Assembly (NCBI GenBank): GCA_002269645.1
Contig: NIVC01001676.1
Span: 124,001 to 188,000 of the forward strand
From: Macrostomum lignano
Taxonomy: Eukaryota
DNA length: 64,000 nucleotides
Reading direction: 5' to 3'
Below are positions 40,905 to 53,687 of this stretch, one piece after another. Made by a program: the position numbers and the translations under genes. Position 1 is the first letter of the stretch; each line of letters opens with the position of its first letter. The notes below the pieces were generated by a model that saw only the letters and a program-made list of their open reading frames with translations, had not been told where the DNA came from and made no database searches.

Positions 40905-41565
40905 ACACGAGGTAGGAATACAAAGACACAAACAATCAGAGTAATCATCACACATCAGAGTAAATACACTTGAAAGCCAAATAAACTCACTTTACATTCA
41001 GAGTAGACACACAAATCAGAATAAACACACACAAACTAAAAAAACACATAAAACAACAATAAACACACACAAAATCAGAACAAACACACAAAAAAATCAG
41101 AAGAAACATACACAAACTCAGAAAAAAACATAAATCAGAATAAACACACACAAAATCAGAAAAAAACACACACAAACTCAGAATAAAGACACACAAAATC
41201 AGGACAAACACACAAAAAATCAGAATAAACACACACAAACTCAGAATAAAGACACACAACCTCAGAAAAACACACACAAAATCAGAATAAAGACACACAA
41301 AATCAGGACAAACACACAAAAAATCAGAATAAACACACACAAACTCAGAATAAAGACACACAAAATCAGGATAAACACATACAAACTCAGAAAAAAACAT
41401 AAATCAGAATAAACACACACAAAATCAGAAAAAAACACACACAAACTCAGAATAAAGACACACAACCTCAGAAAACACACACACAAAATCAGGACAAACA
41501 CACACAAACTCAGAAAAAACACACAAAATTAGAACAAACACATGCAAAATCAGAATAAACACACG
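40905..41565. repeat. Degenerate A/C-rich ~21-bp repeat (tcagaataaacacacacaaa)
   Basis: ABCG2 intron 4. Confidence 0.88.
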
Positions 41566-41665
41566 AGAGCAGAGTTATCACACGTTAAGTCCAAAAAGCC
41601 ACGAGAAATCAATAAGAACAAAGACACACAGACTTGGAACAACATCAGTCGCAGGTAGCACTCAC

Positions 41666-42029
41666 CCAGGTCTTTAAAATACTTCAACGGAGCGCTGCCG
41701 GCCCTGCCGTGGTAGATAACCTCGCCGTTAACCAGCAGAGTGAGGTAGCTGAACAGCCGGTAGATGGAGTACTTGGGCTGGTGAATGGAGAACACAACGG
41801 TGCGGCCCCGGTTAGCCAGGCTGCGCATCGTTCGAATTACCGAGCCGGCCGTGAAGGCGTCCAATCCGGTGGTCGGCTCGTCCAGGAACAGCACGCTGGG
41901 GTCCGTGATCAGCTCCATGCCGATGTTGGTCCGCTTGCGCTCACCACCTGAGACGCCCCGGATAAGCTCAGTGCCGATCTTGGAGTCCGCCACCTTGGCT
42001 AGGCCCAGCTCCGCTATCACCGCCTCCAC
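41666..42029 (-). CDS. ABCG2: ABCG2-like transporter exon 4 (signature, Walker B, H-loop)
   Basis: GVSGGERKRTNIGMELITDPSVLFLDEPTTGLDA...FSIHQP; canonical splice sites; phase 0/1. Confidence 0.97.
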
Positions 42030-42229
42030 CTGGCAACCGGGAGGCGCGACAGCTGCTCCATTGCAATTCTAACATTTTAGTTAAATTCCACTGCTCCCCG
42101 CTGCCAAGAATCAGTTTCATAGAATCATTAAAACATTAGCATCCATAATTTCCTACAATACTAAAATTTATTGAAATTCTGATTTCATAGAATATCTGGT
42201 TTAACTGACTCCCTAAATTTCTAGATAAA

Positions 42230-42880
42230 TGAATTTCCTAAAATACCAGATTTCTTAAAATCCCACATTTCTTAGAATACCTAATTTCCTAGCCTCTCTG
42301 ATTTCCTAGAATCTCTGATTTCCTAGAATCTCTGATTTCCTAGAAACTCCGATTTCCTGGAATTTCGATTTCTTTGAATCCCTGATTGTTTAGAAATATC
42401 CGATTCCCAGGAAATCCTATTTCTTAGAATCTCTGATCTCCTACAATCTCTGATTTCTTTAGAATCTCTGATTTCTTAGACTCTCTGATTTCCTAGAATC
42501 TCTGATTTCTTTAGAATCTCTGATTTCCTAGAATCTCTGATTTCTTAGAATCTCTGATTTCTTTAGAATCTCTGATTTCTTTAGAATCTCTGATTTCCTA
42601 GAGTCTCTGATTTCCTAGAATCTCTGATTTCCTAGAATCTCTGATTTATGTCAATCTCTGATTTCCTTGAATATCCGATTTCCAGGATTTCGGGTTTCCT
42701 AGAATCTATAATTTCTTAGAATACTTGATTTCGTAGAATCTCCGCTTTCCAGAATTCGGATTTCCTACAATCCCTTATTTTCTAGAATACTTAACTTCAT
42801 GAAATCCCCGAATTTCCTACTTCTTTCATCGTACACCCAATTCCTAGTATCCATAAATTTCATAGAACTCCCGATTTCGT
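42230..42880. repeat. Degenerate 17-bp repeat (agaatctctgatttcct)
   Basis: ABCG2 intron 3. Confidence 0.9.
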
Positions 42881-42959
42881 AGAATGTCCTGAACTTATTT
42901 TAAAACCATCCCATATTCCAAAATTCAAACAGCTCCGCAGAAAAGCCCCCCCCCCTCAC

Positions 42960-43236
42960 TTTCTGCATTCGCTCCTCCCGAGTCCAATTGCCCGGCAGCC
43001 GAACAGACGCAGAGAAGTACAAATTCTCTCGAACAGTCAGCGTGCCCATCACGATGTCGTCTTGAACAACGTAGCCTGACACCCGCTTGAAATTGTCCGG
43101 CGGACTTTGGCCGTCAATCAGCACGCGGCCGGTGACGCAGCGGGGGTCCTTGCGGCAGGCCAGCACGTCGAGCAGGCTGGTCTTGCCGCACCCGGTGGGG
43201 CCCATGATGGCGTTCAGGCCCGGCCGCATCAGCCCG
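42960..43236 (-). CDS. ABCG2: ABCG2-like transporter exon 3 (Walker A, Q-loop)
   Basis: GLMRPGLNAIMGPTGCGKTSLLDVLA...SGYVVQDDIVMGTLTVRENL; acceptor CGCAG|C, donor AAA|GTGAGG. Confidence 0.96.
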
Positions 43237-43291
43237 CTGCGGAAGGTTCAAGTCTTGTTGGGTAGTTCGCGCATGCACTTACCCCGACCTT

Positions 43292-43990
43292 CACACTCGC
43301 TGATTGGTTCCCCGCATCAACCCCAACCTTCACTACTGGCTAATTGGTTCCCCTGCACCCAACCCCAACCTCCACTACTCGCTGATTGGTTCCCCGAAAC
43401 CACCCCAACCTCCACTACTCGCTGATTGGTTCCCCGAAACCACCCCAACCTCCACTACTCGCTGATTGATTCCCCGAAACCACCCCAACCTCCACTACTC
43501 GCTGATTGGTTCTCCGCATCAACCCCAACCTCCACTACTGGCTGATTGGTTCCCCTGTACCCAACCCAAACCTCCACTACTCGCTGATTGGTTCCCCGCG
43601 ACCACCCCAACCTCCACTACTCGCTGATTGGTTCCGCTGCACCCAACCCAAACCTCCACTACTCGCTGATTGGTTCCCCGAAACCACCCCAACCTCCACT
43701 ACTCGCTGATTGGTTCCCCGAAACCACCCCCAACCTCCACTACTGGCTGATTGGTTCCCCTGCACCCAACCCCAACCTCCACTACTGGCTGATTGGTTCC
43801 CCTGCACCCATCCCAACATCCACTACTCGCTGATTGGTTCCCCGCACCCATCCCAACCTTCACTACTGGCTGATTGGTTCCCCGCACCCAACCCAACCTC
43901 CACTACTCGCTGATTGGTTCCCCGCACCCAACCCACACTCAGCTACTCGCTGATTGGTTCCCCGCACCCACCTCAACCTCCACTACTTTC
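43292..43990. repeat. ~36-37-bp minisatellite (ccccaacctccactactcgctgattggttccccg...)
   Basis: Fills ABCG2 intron 2. Confidence 0.95.
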
Positions 43991-44014
43991 TGCCCCCCAA
44001 CCAATCAAACTCAC

Positions 44015-44448
44015 CTAACGTCTGTCAGGACAACCTTCCTCACCGGCCGACTCCAAGGAAACCGCTTAACGGACACTTCGTATCCGACATCCCGGAAGCT
44101 GATAACCGATCCCCTGGCGCTTCCGGCTCTCGATCGGCCGGAGTAGGCCGAGCCGCCGCTGCAGCTGCTGCGCCTGTAGTACGCGCCGCCAGCCAGGTCC
44201 CCAGTCGAAGCGGCTAAATCCCGACTATAGCAGCCGCCGTCGCCGATCACGTGATCTCCCAAAACGTCTCGATTGGCGCCGTTGCCGCCGCCGCCCACGC
44301 TGTTGGGGCCGTCGTCGGCGCCGCCGCGTTCCCCTAACAGGACGCGAGAGGCGGCGCCAAGCGAGGCCTGACTCTCTGACAGCAGGGGCCGATTGTCCGT
44401 GCGCCGAGCGGCCGGCTTGGGCAGCTGGTCGCGCAGGTACTGGCCCAC
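44015..44448 (-). CDS. ABCG2: ABCG2-like transporter exon 2
   Basis: Acceptor TACAG|GTG; ends GSVISFRDVGYEVSVKRFPWSRPVRKVVLTDVS, the typical ABCG2 NBD entry; donor AG|GTGAGT. Confidence 0.88.
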
Positions 44449-44690
44449 CTGTACGAGCCGATAATTGTTAATTAGCAACAGTAAGAGTTAATATTAAACA
44501 GACATAAATAGAAAGCGGCTTGCGCAGTAAAAAAATTAAGTTTGCCTTGCACTTCTAGCCTGCATTTGAATGGACACTGTCAGTTAAACAAACTGAAAAC
44601 CATTCTTTCGCAACTGGTACTTCTGCAGCAAAAAAGACAATAATTAGGTTATAAGGTACCCAAGGGTTCCTTATAACCAGACAGACAGAC

Positions 44691-44735
<45 letters not shown>

Positions 44736-44776
44736 CACAGACAGACAGACAGACAGACAGACACTAAGACAGACAG

Positions 44777-44976
44777 ACCTGGAATGCGGGACTGAAAAAC
44801 TGAACATCATGGGAAGTCGTTTTTCTTCTTGCTTTTAAAATCCCAGAGAATGCTCAGAAGAAGCAAATTTTCCCTCAACTGATAAACACTTAATCAATGA
44901 GATCAAATTTTCGAAACAGACTCTCGTAATAAAAAGTTTCTGCTTACTGCGAAGTGGCGGACTTCACAGCCAGACA
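44777..44976. mobile_element. Dispersed ~200-bp repeat, copy B, with (GACA)n-type satellite on both sides
   Basis: About 97% identical to 4801-5000. Confidence 0.85.
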
Positions 44977-45001
44977 CACAGCCAGACACACAGACAGACA
45001 C

Positions 45002-45032
<31 letters not shown>

Positions 45033-45109
45033 CTAAGACAGACAGCCAGACACACAGCCAGACACAGCCAGACACAGCCAGACACACAGCCAGACACACA
45101 GACAGACAC

Positions 45110-45164
<55 letters not shown>

Positions 45165-45243
45165 CAAAGCCAGACACACAGCCAGACACACAGCCAGACA
45201 CACAGCCAGACACACAGTCAGACACACACACAGACAGACAGAC

Positions 45244-45284
<41 letters not shown>

Positions 45285-45407
45285 CTAAGACAGACAGCCA
45301 GACACACAGCCAGACACAGCCAGACACAGCCAGACACAGCCAGACACACAGCCAGACACACAGACAGACACACAGACAGACAGAGACAGACAGACAGACA
45401 GACACTA

Positions 45408-45466
<59 letters not shown>

Positions 45467-45471
45467 TACTA

Positions 45472-45524
<53 letters not shown>

Positions 45525-45527
45525 CTA

Positions 45528-45560
<33 letters not shown>

Positions 45561-45561
45561 G
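44967..45561. repeat. Composite (GACA)n / (CAGCCAGACACA)n satellite; a further (GACA)n run lies at 44679-44779
   Basis: ABCG2 intron 1, starting about 13 nt from the donor. Confidence 0.95.
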
Positions 45562-45574
45562 TCAGGAAGCTCAC

Positions 45575-45712
45575 GCTAGTCAGTGAGGCCCGGTTCGCCA
45601 GTGCCGAGCTGTCCCCAGCCACGCCAATATCCACAGCATCCTCCTCCTTGCTAAAGGACACCCGATTGGCCGACTCAAGCGAGCCATACTTCACAGTTCG
45701 CGATGAAGACAT
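45575..45712 (-). CDS. ABCG2: ABCG2-like transporter exon 1
   Basis: ATG at 45712, [14 protein letters not shown]...; donor AGC|GTGAGC; 138 nt, phase 0 matches exon 2. Confidence 0.7.
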
Positions 45713-46269
45713 GAGCGCGCGCTGTCCGACAGTGGATCAAAGTCGGACGGGGTCAGGCTTTAAACAATATGCTTAAACCAGGCTGTTCTCCACTAGTTTC
45801 TAATAGCACAGAAGTGAAAAACCAGGCACAGGCACAGGCAGACCATTCTGCTCTAACCAGATTTAAATACGAATTGGCCACCTAAGCTCTCTTAAAGCGC
45901 GCAATAAAGAAATTCAGAATTTCCAAGGTCATGATTCAGCACGCAGAGTGCGCGAGGGCGGGGACTCGGGTGGCTCCACACGTGAGCCGCAGGAGAGCTG
46001 CGCAGTGATAAGCCGAAAACCAGTCGAGTCCAACGGACACTTTCTGTGCACAGGGAGGGGAGGCATCGGAGGTCAAAGGCGCTGAGTGCCCTGCACTTTA
46101 AAGTGAAAGGCAGGCCGGAGCAGATATCAGAAAAAGATAGCGCATCATTTTATCAGGCAGCAGAGGTTTGCCAAGTCCAATATTAGTGTGCAAATTGTAG
46201 CATAGGTTTCAGTGATACTACTGCTAGTGGTGGTGCTAGGAAATCATTAAATCGAGATTAAAAACTCAC

Positions 46270-46370
46270 GTTAGAGACTGCAGCAGCTGTGGGAGACTGA
46301 CACTCGCCAGAGTCGCCAGGACCGGCCGATGTCAGACTGCGATAGCCGACTGAGCTGCGGCCGCTGGGGG
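46270..46370 (-). other. Probable non-coding 5' exon of the ABCG2 gene (5' boundary unknown)
   Basis: Donor AAC|GTGAGT at 46269 and acceptor GGACAG| at 45723-45722, 9 nt upstream of the ATG. Confidence 0.4.
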
Positions 46371-49300
46371 GCGTTGCGTCCCTGGTAACGGTTGGGATGG
46401 CGATAGGGATACTATGCAAATAGCTGCCAGGTCTTGGATCGGGATCTGAGATTGGGATCTGGGATCGGGATCTGGGATCGTGATTGGTATAGGAGAGTCA
46501 ATTAAAGTCAAACAGGGCCAAGCTATTTAGAGTCAAGTTAGATTGTACTGTACTACTATTATGGAATCACTACAAGTATTTGCTAGAAAGTGATAATTGT
46601 CAAAAAGACACTTACATTTTAAAAGTCACTTCAAAAACAGAATTTTTTGTGCTATAAAAATTGACCTTCAAACATGGTACATGAATAAAAAAGGTCATGG
46701 TTTAGACTTTTAATAATGATTGTTTAAATAGCCACTTGATATAAGTAGTATAATATATTATTCATTATTTTACTGGAAAATAAACTTAAATACTATTATA
46801 TAGGTTACAAAGACATAAAAATTCTAAGACAAATGACAGAGTATAATAATTCTAACATTTTAAAATAAAAAAATTAAAATTGTGTACCTTGTATTATTTA
46901 TAACTTTCATTTTAATTAAGCTTAAAGCTATTATATAACCTTTATTATATGTAGAAAAGGCTATTTGTTAAATTAAATCTAAGTTGAGTTTATTATAAAA
47001 GGGATATCAATATACTTTAGTACCTTAAAATTAGAATAATTTATGTCACATGACATACAAGCATAATAATAAAGTTTTAATTATCTCTCTAAAAATTATA
47101 TTATCTTTTATGCATAGAATATATAAGATAAAACTGGTTACCTGACTCACATTTGATTAAAATTAATTTAAGTTATTGAATACTTATTATAATACCTTAT
47201 TGATATCTTTTGAATATCAATAATCTGTCAAAATGAAATTTGCTCATAATAATTGTTATGAATAATCAGTATTAGAGCAGTAGCAGTAGTCAGTAGTGAT
47301 ATGATGACAATACAGAATACTAATGCTTCAATTGCTAGGCAATGTCATACTCCATATACTTCCAAAAACCTTGTTTATTTTTAATACAGAGTTAGCCATA
47401 GGGCTACCCTAACCTATTCAATATTTCACTGTGATTAATATAGTATTTTTATTGTTTATACATATTAAAATGATATATTATTAAAGTTGAAATAAGGTAT
47501 AGATATAGGTTTTTTAAACAACAACAAAACAGATAAATAAAATTTGCATTGCAGACATTTGTATATATTTTTAAGTTAAATATTTATTAAAACAAGGAAT
47601 ATATGCATCGCATCCACATCCCAGTCTAGCATTCAATAATAATGCAGCAGCAGCAAATGATGATGATGGTGGTGGTGGAGGCGGCGTGATTTGATTTGAT
47701 TATGGTGGAAAATTTTAATTAGGAATAAATTTGAATTTACTATTAATACAAATTTCGATGGACATTGATACAACAAATATGAAATACAAATAGTTAATTT
47801 GAGAGTAAATTAAAAATTAGAATTTATTATATCAGACTTTAACATTCATAAATGTTTAAACGATAGATGCAAAGATCAATTAACTTTATAACTTTTTAAT
47901 TCGATTCATGTTCTATTTTTATTTGGCGCAACGTTTGCAATCCTAAATTATAAATTTTAAATATTGAAATTGGAAAAAAACTGCCTTCACTCCTTTCTTG
48001 ACTAGGCGATTTTCGATGGGGCTTTGAAACGTTCAAGCGAATGCTAAAGGACAAAGAGAAAAATTTGTCTCCTGGGTGAAAATGGAGGTCTGAGTCAACT
48101 GCACTGCACGGAACTTAGTAGTTATATATAGTAGTAAACAGCATAGGAAATATTTTGGCAGACGGGAGGCAGTACCGAAATTTCGGGTACCGAAAAGCAT
48201 AGGCACCGAAAAGTACATGAAAACCCTACATTAACAAAGCGCAATAAATTGCAACATAATTTTCGTAAGCAACGAAAGCTGCCCTATATGATTAATACAT
48301 ATATACATACACTGCACCCGGAGATTCTGCATAATCTTTGGGTGTGAGTGGAAAACAAATAATAGCAAATAGTCTACCTATAAAAAAGTATAATTTAAGC
48401 AGATTTTATTAAGCTTGTTGAAGTTGCAGTATTTACTATTGGGACCCCACATGTACAGCATGTATAAAAATTACGGTTCTACTATCAACCTTGTACCTGT
48501 AGCCTGGTGCCATTCTTTTAACATTACACTCGGCTCGGTACAGCAGCGTCTATGAATCGAATGTTCAATAATTGCTTTATTGTATAGAGATTGTTAACGT
48601 GTTTACATGCGCATATCTATGGTAGTGTATCATTCAATATAATTCATACATAGCTACAGTATAAAAATAGGTCGTGTTTAATCGACATGTTATTTGGTAC
48701 TTTCTCTATTTGCTGGATCGGAAAGCTAGCGTCTCAAAACAACCGCAGGTCGCGTGAGTCCCTGATTAGAAGTACATGGCCACACGAAAATATCTTAATT
48801 TTACGATTGATATCTACAGAGTTAACTGCTGATATCAACAGTAATAAGCCTTAATATTTCTCTCCTTAATAGCCTTAATATTCACTTAGCACCCGGCAAC
48901 CTAGCTTACATTCGATGTTGCAACATCGAAATCTGCGCGCGCATGCTTTGCTGCTAGCACACGGTTCTGATACCGCCTGTGTTGTATTATTGCCTGCAAG
49001 ACTGTATAGGAAATGTAGCTGTATGCCTAATGCATAGGTATATTGACCGCGTTGTACTTACTAGGCTGCTACTAACTGCCCTTCTCGTCGAAAGTACTTC
49101 ATAGTTAATGGGCCCAATTCATTTAAACCGGCGGATCTCCTGTTGCTGCAAGAGGATGGATAAGGGGGTGGGGGTGGGGGGGGGAGGGGTTCCTGCATAG
49201 AAGCTGACGGCTGGCCGCGTCTTCAGCTGATTATAACAGCAGATTAGAATCCATCGCGGAATCCTATTTGGGTAGGTCGTTGGATTTTACAGCATCAACA

Positions 49301-50074
49301 TTGCAAATTAACTGTTCTCGCATGCATTCGCTGCATTCGAAGGCTGACCTTTTCTTTGAATAACCTGGAATTTGCTATGAAGTGACTGCTTACGGATAAA
49401 TAAAATGATAAAGAGCCATGCTGACAATTCGGCCATGGACATCAGCACAAAAATGGATGCCAGCAGCAGCCTCGTCTCATAGAAATCATGCTTTAATGTC
49501 AACTTCCATGACAATTATCAACTAACTTGGTTGGCTCAACAAGCAACTTGGCTGACAAAAGCAACACTACCGTGTAATGGATGGCCTTAGCATCTTATTC
49601 AATAAAGCAGTTCAAGCTTTTGTTGAAGGCTCAATTATCTATGGTGAAGAAAAGGCTTTACAGAAACGCTTTTTAAGGCTGAGGTGAACAGGTAAATATC
49701 AACTAATTCACCAAAGCACGGCTTAGGACGGTACTGTCAAGTGACTCAAGTGAAATATGGTTATTGTGAAGAAAAACTTTTACGTGATTTTCTACTAGAA
49801 TACGAACTAACGCACCCCGAAAAGTTTCTAGATCTTTTGGAAGATTTCTAACATGCGATTGTTTAGTCACGCACTCATTTTCTTGTTGCGGGGCCACGGT
49901 GCATGGCTCACCTGCCAGAGGAAAGTGCAGCACAGAACTCTTGCAACGGCTGGGACTGGGAACTTGGTTTGAGAAGCATAAAAGCACCCAAGACCTCAGT
50001 GACTGTTTGATTGGCAGCCTATTAGCAGACAATTGTCCAGAGTGTAAAAGTGCAGCAGCAGTAGCTTTGATTTG

Positions 50075-50783
50075 ACTTAGCTGCAGGGGGCGTCCGGCGG
50101 ATGCAGCGAGGAGGCGGAGGAGACCGCCCATTCCGCTAGCCCCTGGCGACCAATGACTTCCATTGAAGTGATGTCGCTCAGGGGACCCGTCGGTCTCGCC
50201 TGCAGCGCGGTCCTCCTCATCAGCGGTGCGGAAGAACTCAGCTCGTCCCGTGTCCCTGAGGTACCGGGCGAGCAGCGGGATGCTCTCGGGCCTGCAAACG
50301 TCGGAGAGAACCGGTTTGGCCCGAGGTGAGTGAGCCTGGCCCTGGTGAAAACCAGGGCAGTGGCAGATAAAATGCTCGGCGTTTTCACTGCCTGAGCGGC
50401 AGAAGGGGCACCGCTCCTCGGGTACTTGGCCCTGAAGGAAACGATGGCGAGAGAAGCAGCCATGCCCGGAGAGGGCCATGCTAACTGCTCTGAGGTCTCA
50501 GCGGTTGAGCCTGAGGAGGGCTCTACGCAGGAGAGGAGAGGGGCAGGGGACGGCCGCACGGGATTGCCTGCAATTCCGGGTGTCGTGCCACCTGCGGAGA
50601 TGCTCGGAGTCAGTCCAGCGCTTAACGCGGGAGTTGATCACCGAGGCGGAGATGGGGGCCCCCGGGCCCGGCCCCAGCAGCGCGCCGGCGGAGCCAGCCT
50701 TGGCCAGCAGGTCGGCGCGCTCGTTGCCGAGGAAGCCGGCGTGGCCCGGGATCCATCTGAGCTCTACCTGAGCCCTACTGCAA
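50075..50783 (-). mobile_element. 5'-truncated, decayed non-LTR retrotransposon (RNase H C-terminus plus CCHC finger)
   Basis: VELRWIPGHAGFLGNERADLLAK (LINE-type RNase H), an in-frame TGA at 50500-50498, then ALSGHGCF...CPFC...ENAEHFICHCP; later frameshift. Confidence 0.85.
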
Positions 50784-50784
50784 G

Positions 50785-51232
50785 CAGCAGTAGCAGTAGC
50801 AGTAGTCGTAGCAGTAGCAGTAGCAGTAGCAGTAGCAGTAGCAGTAGTCGTAGCAGTAGCAGTAGCAGTAGCAGTAGCAGTAGCAACAACAGTACCGGTA
50901 GCAGTATCAGTAGCAACAACAGTACCGGTAGCAGTAGCAGTAGCAGTAGCAGTAGCAACAACAGTACCGGTAGCAGTAGCAGTAGCAGTAGCAGTAGCAA
51001 CAACAGTACCGGTAGCAGTAGCAGTAGCAGTAGCAGTAGCAACAACAGTACAGGTGGCAGTAGCAGTAGCAGTAGCAGTAGCAACAACAGTACCGGTAGC
51101 AGTAGCAGTAGCAGTAGCAGTAGCAACAACAGTACCGGTAGCAGTAGCAGTAGCAGTAGCAGTAGCAACAACAGTACCGGTAGCAGTAGCAGTAGCAGTA
51201 GCAGTAGCAACAACAGTACAGGTGGCAGTAGC
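50785..51232. repeat. (GCAGTA)n tract with periodic caacaacagtaccgg units
   Basis: Direct repeat lying between the two LINE fragments. Confidence 0.95.
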
Positions 51233-51439
51233 AAAAACTTTAAAGTAAAGAACCACCACCAAGCCAACGAAAGAGTTGCGAAAAAAGCAGACACGTCGCG
51301 CCTGTCAACGTCTTTGACAAACTTCTTTTGATCGTGCGCCTCTGTGGAGGAAGCAGCGACGTCCAAATCCATTCGCACAACGTCGACGAACGCTCAGGAG
51401 ACGATCCCGAGAGCCGAGCCACCCATCGCGCAACTTTGA

Positions 51440-52460
51440 GCCGAACCAAGAGCTCCTGGTGCAGTTCAACTGCAATGCGACTAAAAGCCGCCAGACAGAG
51501 CTGGCCCACAGGCTCGCAACGTTGCGCCCTGTCGCGGTTCTTCTACAGGAAACGAAACTAAAAAGCAATGAAGAATATAATCCACTCAGAGGGTGTATGC
51601 TTGCAGCTGGGATAGACGGCGTACCGTACGCTCGTACGCTGGCCATGCTGACGCCGAAGCGCCTCAGTACTCTCCCAACCTGCTCGCCCCTCCTGCCGCT
51701 AGCGCTGGCGGGACCCAGCACCGTGTCAGTAACTTACGCTGCCGCCTTAGATTTCCCGGTTACCGTAAAAACTGGTGCTGTGGGTACCGCAGCGGCTGCA
51801 CGGCCTTCCGTGTCCGTCCGACTAGGCGGAACTGCAAGCCGGACCTGAAGTCGGACCAGGACCGGGGTCCAGCTGCCCAGCATCACCATATCTCAAAAAT
51901 CAAGACTAGAACGACCGGGCGTGGTGTAGCTAAGGTGCTCACCAGGGAGGCCGTCCAGTATGACAGATTGCTAATTGACCGTGAACATGAGCTCCTTGAC
52001 GTCGCCGCGTGCCGCAACCGCCCACTGAGACAGCAGCACTGTTTCACGGATACCATCGCCGAACAGAACACCAAGGATGTACCGCTTACGACGTCCAGCG
52101 CACATCTCCGGCACCTTCGCAACTTCGATCTCTGGGGCTGCAGCATCGAGACAGACTGGGTGTCCTGGTCAACCAGCTCTCGGATTCCGGCTCGGTCTGT
52201 CCGACTTCGCCTCGTGCCCGGACTGCAGTGACCCGGACACCGAGCAGCACATCCAGTACGACTGCTCGAGAGGCCACGCTGTCCGTCCAGCCGACCACGA
52301 CGAGCTCCGGACGGACTCGACGGCCGGCCAACATACATGTAGCACTCTGTCGTAGGCTGGGGCGTCTGCAACACCCACGGCTCTCGCAGCCCTGCGGACA
52401 TCGGGGCATGCGGTGCAGAGAGAGCAGCGCCGCAGAGCTGCCAATGAACCCATTAGATTA
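51440..52460 (+). mobile_element. Internally deleted, decayed non-LTR retrotransposon (APE N-terminus, possible RT-0 motif, C-terminal CCHC)
   Basis: LVQFNCNATKS...VLLQETKL (AP-endonuclease motifs), AAGIDGVPY (APGxDGI-like) and CPDCSDPDTEQHIQYDC, in shifting frames. Confidence 0.6.
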
Positions 52461-53687
52461 GTATCGCAAAGCTGAGGCTCTCGCCCAGCCTAATGGATGG
52501 AGAAGCACACGATTTGGTGCCTCGGGGCTGCCAAACTGCTTGGCTTTGGAGGGCCGGGCTCTCAGGCAGTTAATTATGAAATTAGGTTACCGTCATTCTG
52601 GTACGAGGGATGCCCGAATATTCGGGAGTTGAAAAGTACAATGCCGATAGGCTTCAAAACAGACCAGCGCTGCTCGGAGATGCCGGCGCGTGATGAAGGA
52701 TCAGGTGAGCTCAGTTCCGGTTTCCTGGCCTCATCACATCGTTGCCTTGAGCAGGGGCTTCACATTCGGCGGGATTTCTGTCTTTAAGATTCTGATTCAC
52801 TGAGTTTCCTTTGAGACGGAGGATCACAACAAGGACCGCCCGAGGTGCCTCCCTTTGGGAATTGGACGCCTTAGTGACTAGCTGATAGTGGCTGATTGAA
52901 AAAGCACTGAGGCACTCATTATTTGGCACGGAGGGCCCTCTGGGATGAGTGCCGAGCCGAAACTGAAGCAATTCTTTCCTATTAAACTGGCAGATGAAGC
53001 ATTAAATATCGTTAAATATTTATCAAGATGCGTTGAAAGCACTCAGAATTCCAAATACGCAAGCATGCGAGTCCACTTCAAGCGAAACACATGCTTGCTT
53101 CATTTTAAATTCAGAAGTCCAGAAGGAAATATTCGATAATGAAAACAATTTATTGACTAAACTCTGCAAAATTAATAACTTCGCCTAATGCCGTATTACC
53201 ATAGTAATAATAATTGCAGGGGTTATGGACACACGATTCTGTCCATTCCTCTGACTCCTGAACAGATGCAAGGGCGCCAATACTGTAGGCAGTCCGATCT
53301 CGTAAAAAATCAGCTACTACCGTCTGTCAAAGAGACTGTCGCTGGCTTTGATATTTTTTTTCCTTTGAATCTCGATTTCTTTCTTATAAAAACTGCATCA
53401 TAAGTCCCGCTTAGCTTAAGGTGCCGTGCGCTGAAGGGCTGTCGCATCTCATTTGCGGCGCAGCTAGTTAAAGACTAGTTGGTCTGAAACAGCAGAAGAC
53501 AGAATCAACCGAGGAGGGAGCACGGCAAGGCTGAACGAGTGCTGGCGCTCGCAAATGCACTTCATTACGCCAAGGACCACTGCGATGTAGAAGCTCTTCC
53601 TCTTGAGTAAGTGAAGCACCCCTTAAATTGGAAAGTGGCAAGTCGCAGATTCTCGCGAAGACACTTCAGAACTCGACACTGGAAAGT

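Noticed and set aside
49165-49190. G-rich run that could form a G-quadruplex
   Set aside because: Isolated, homopolymer length is unreliable, and there is no supporting context.
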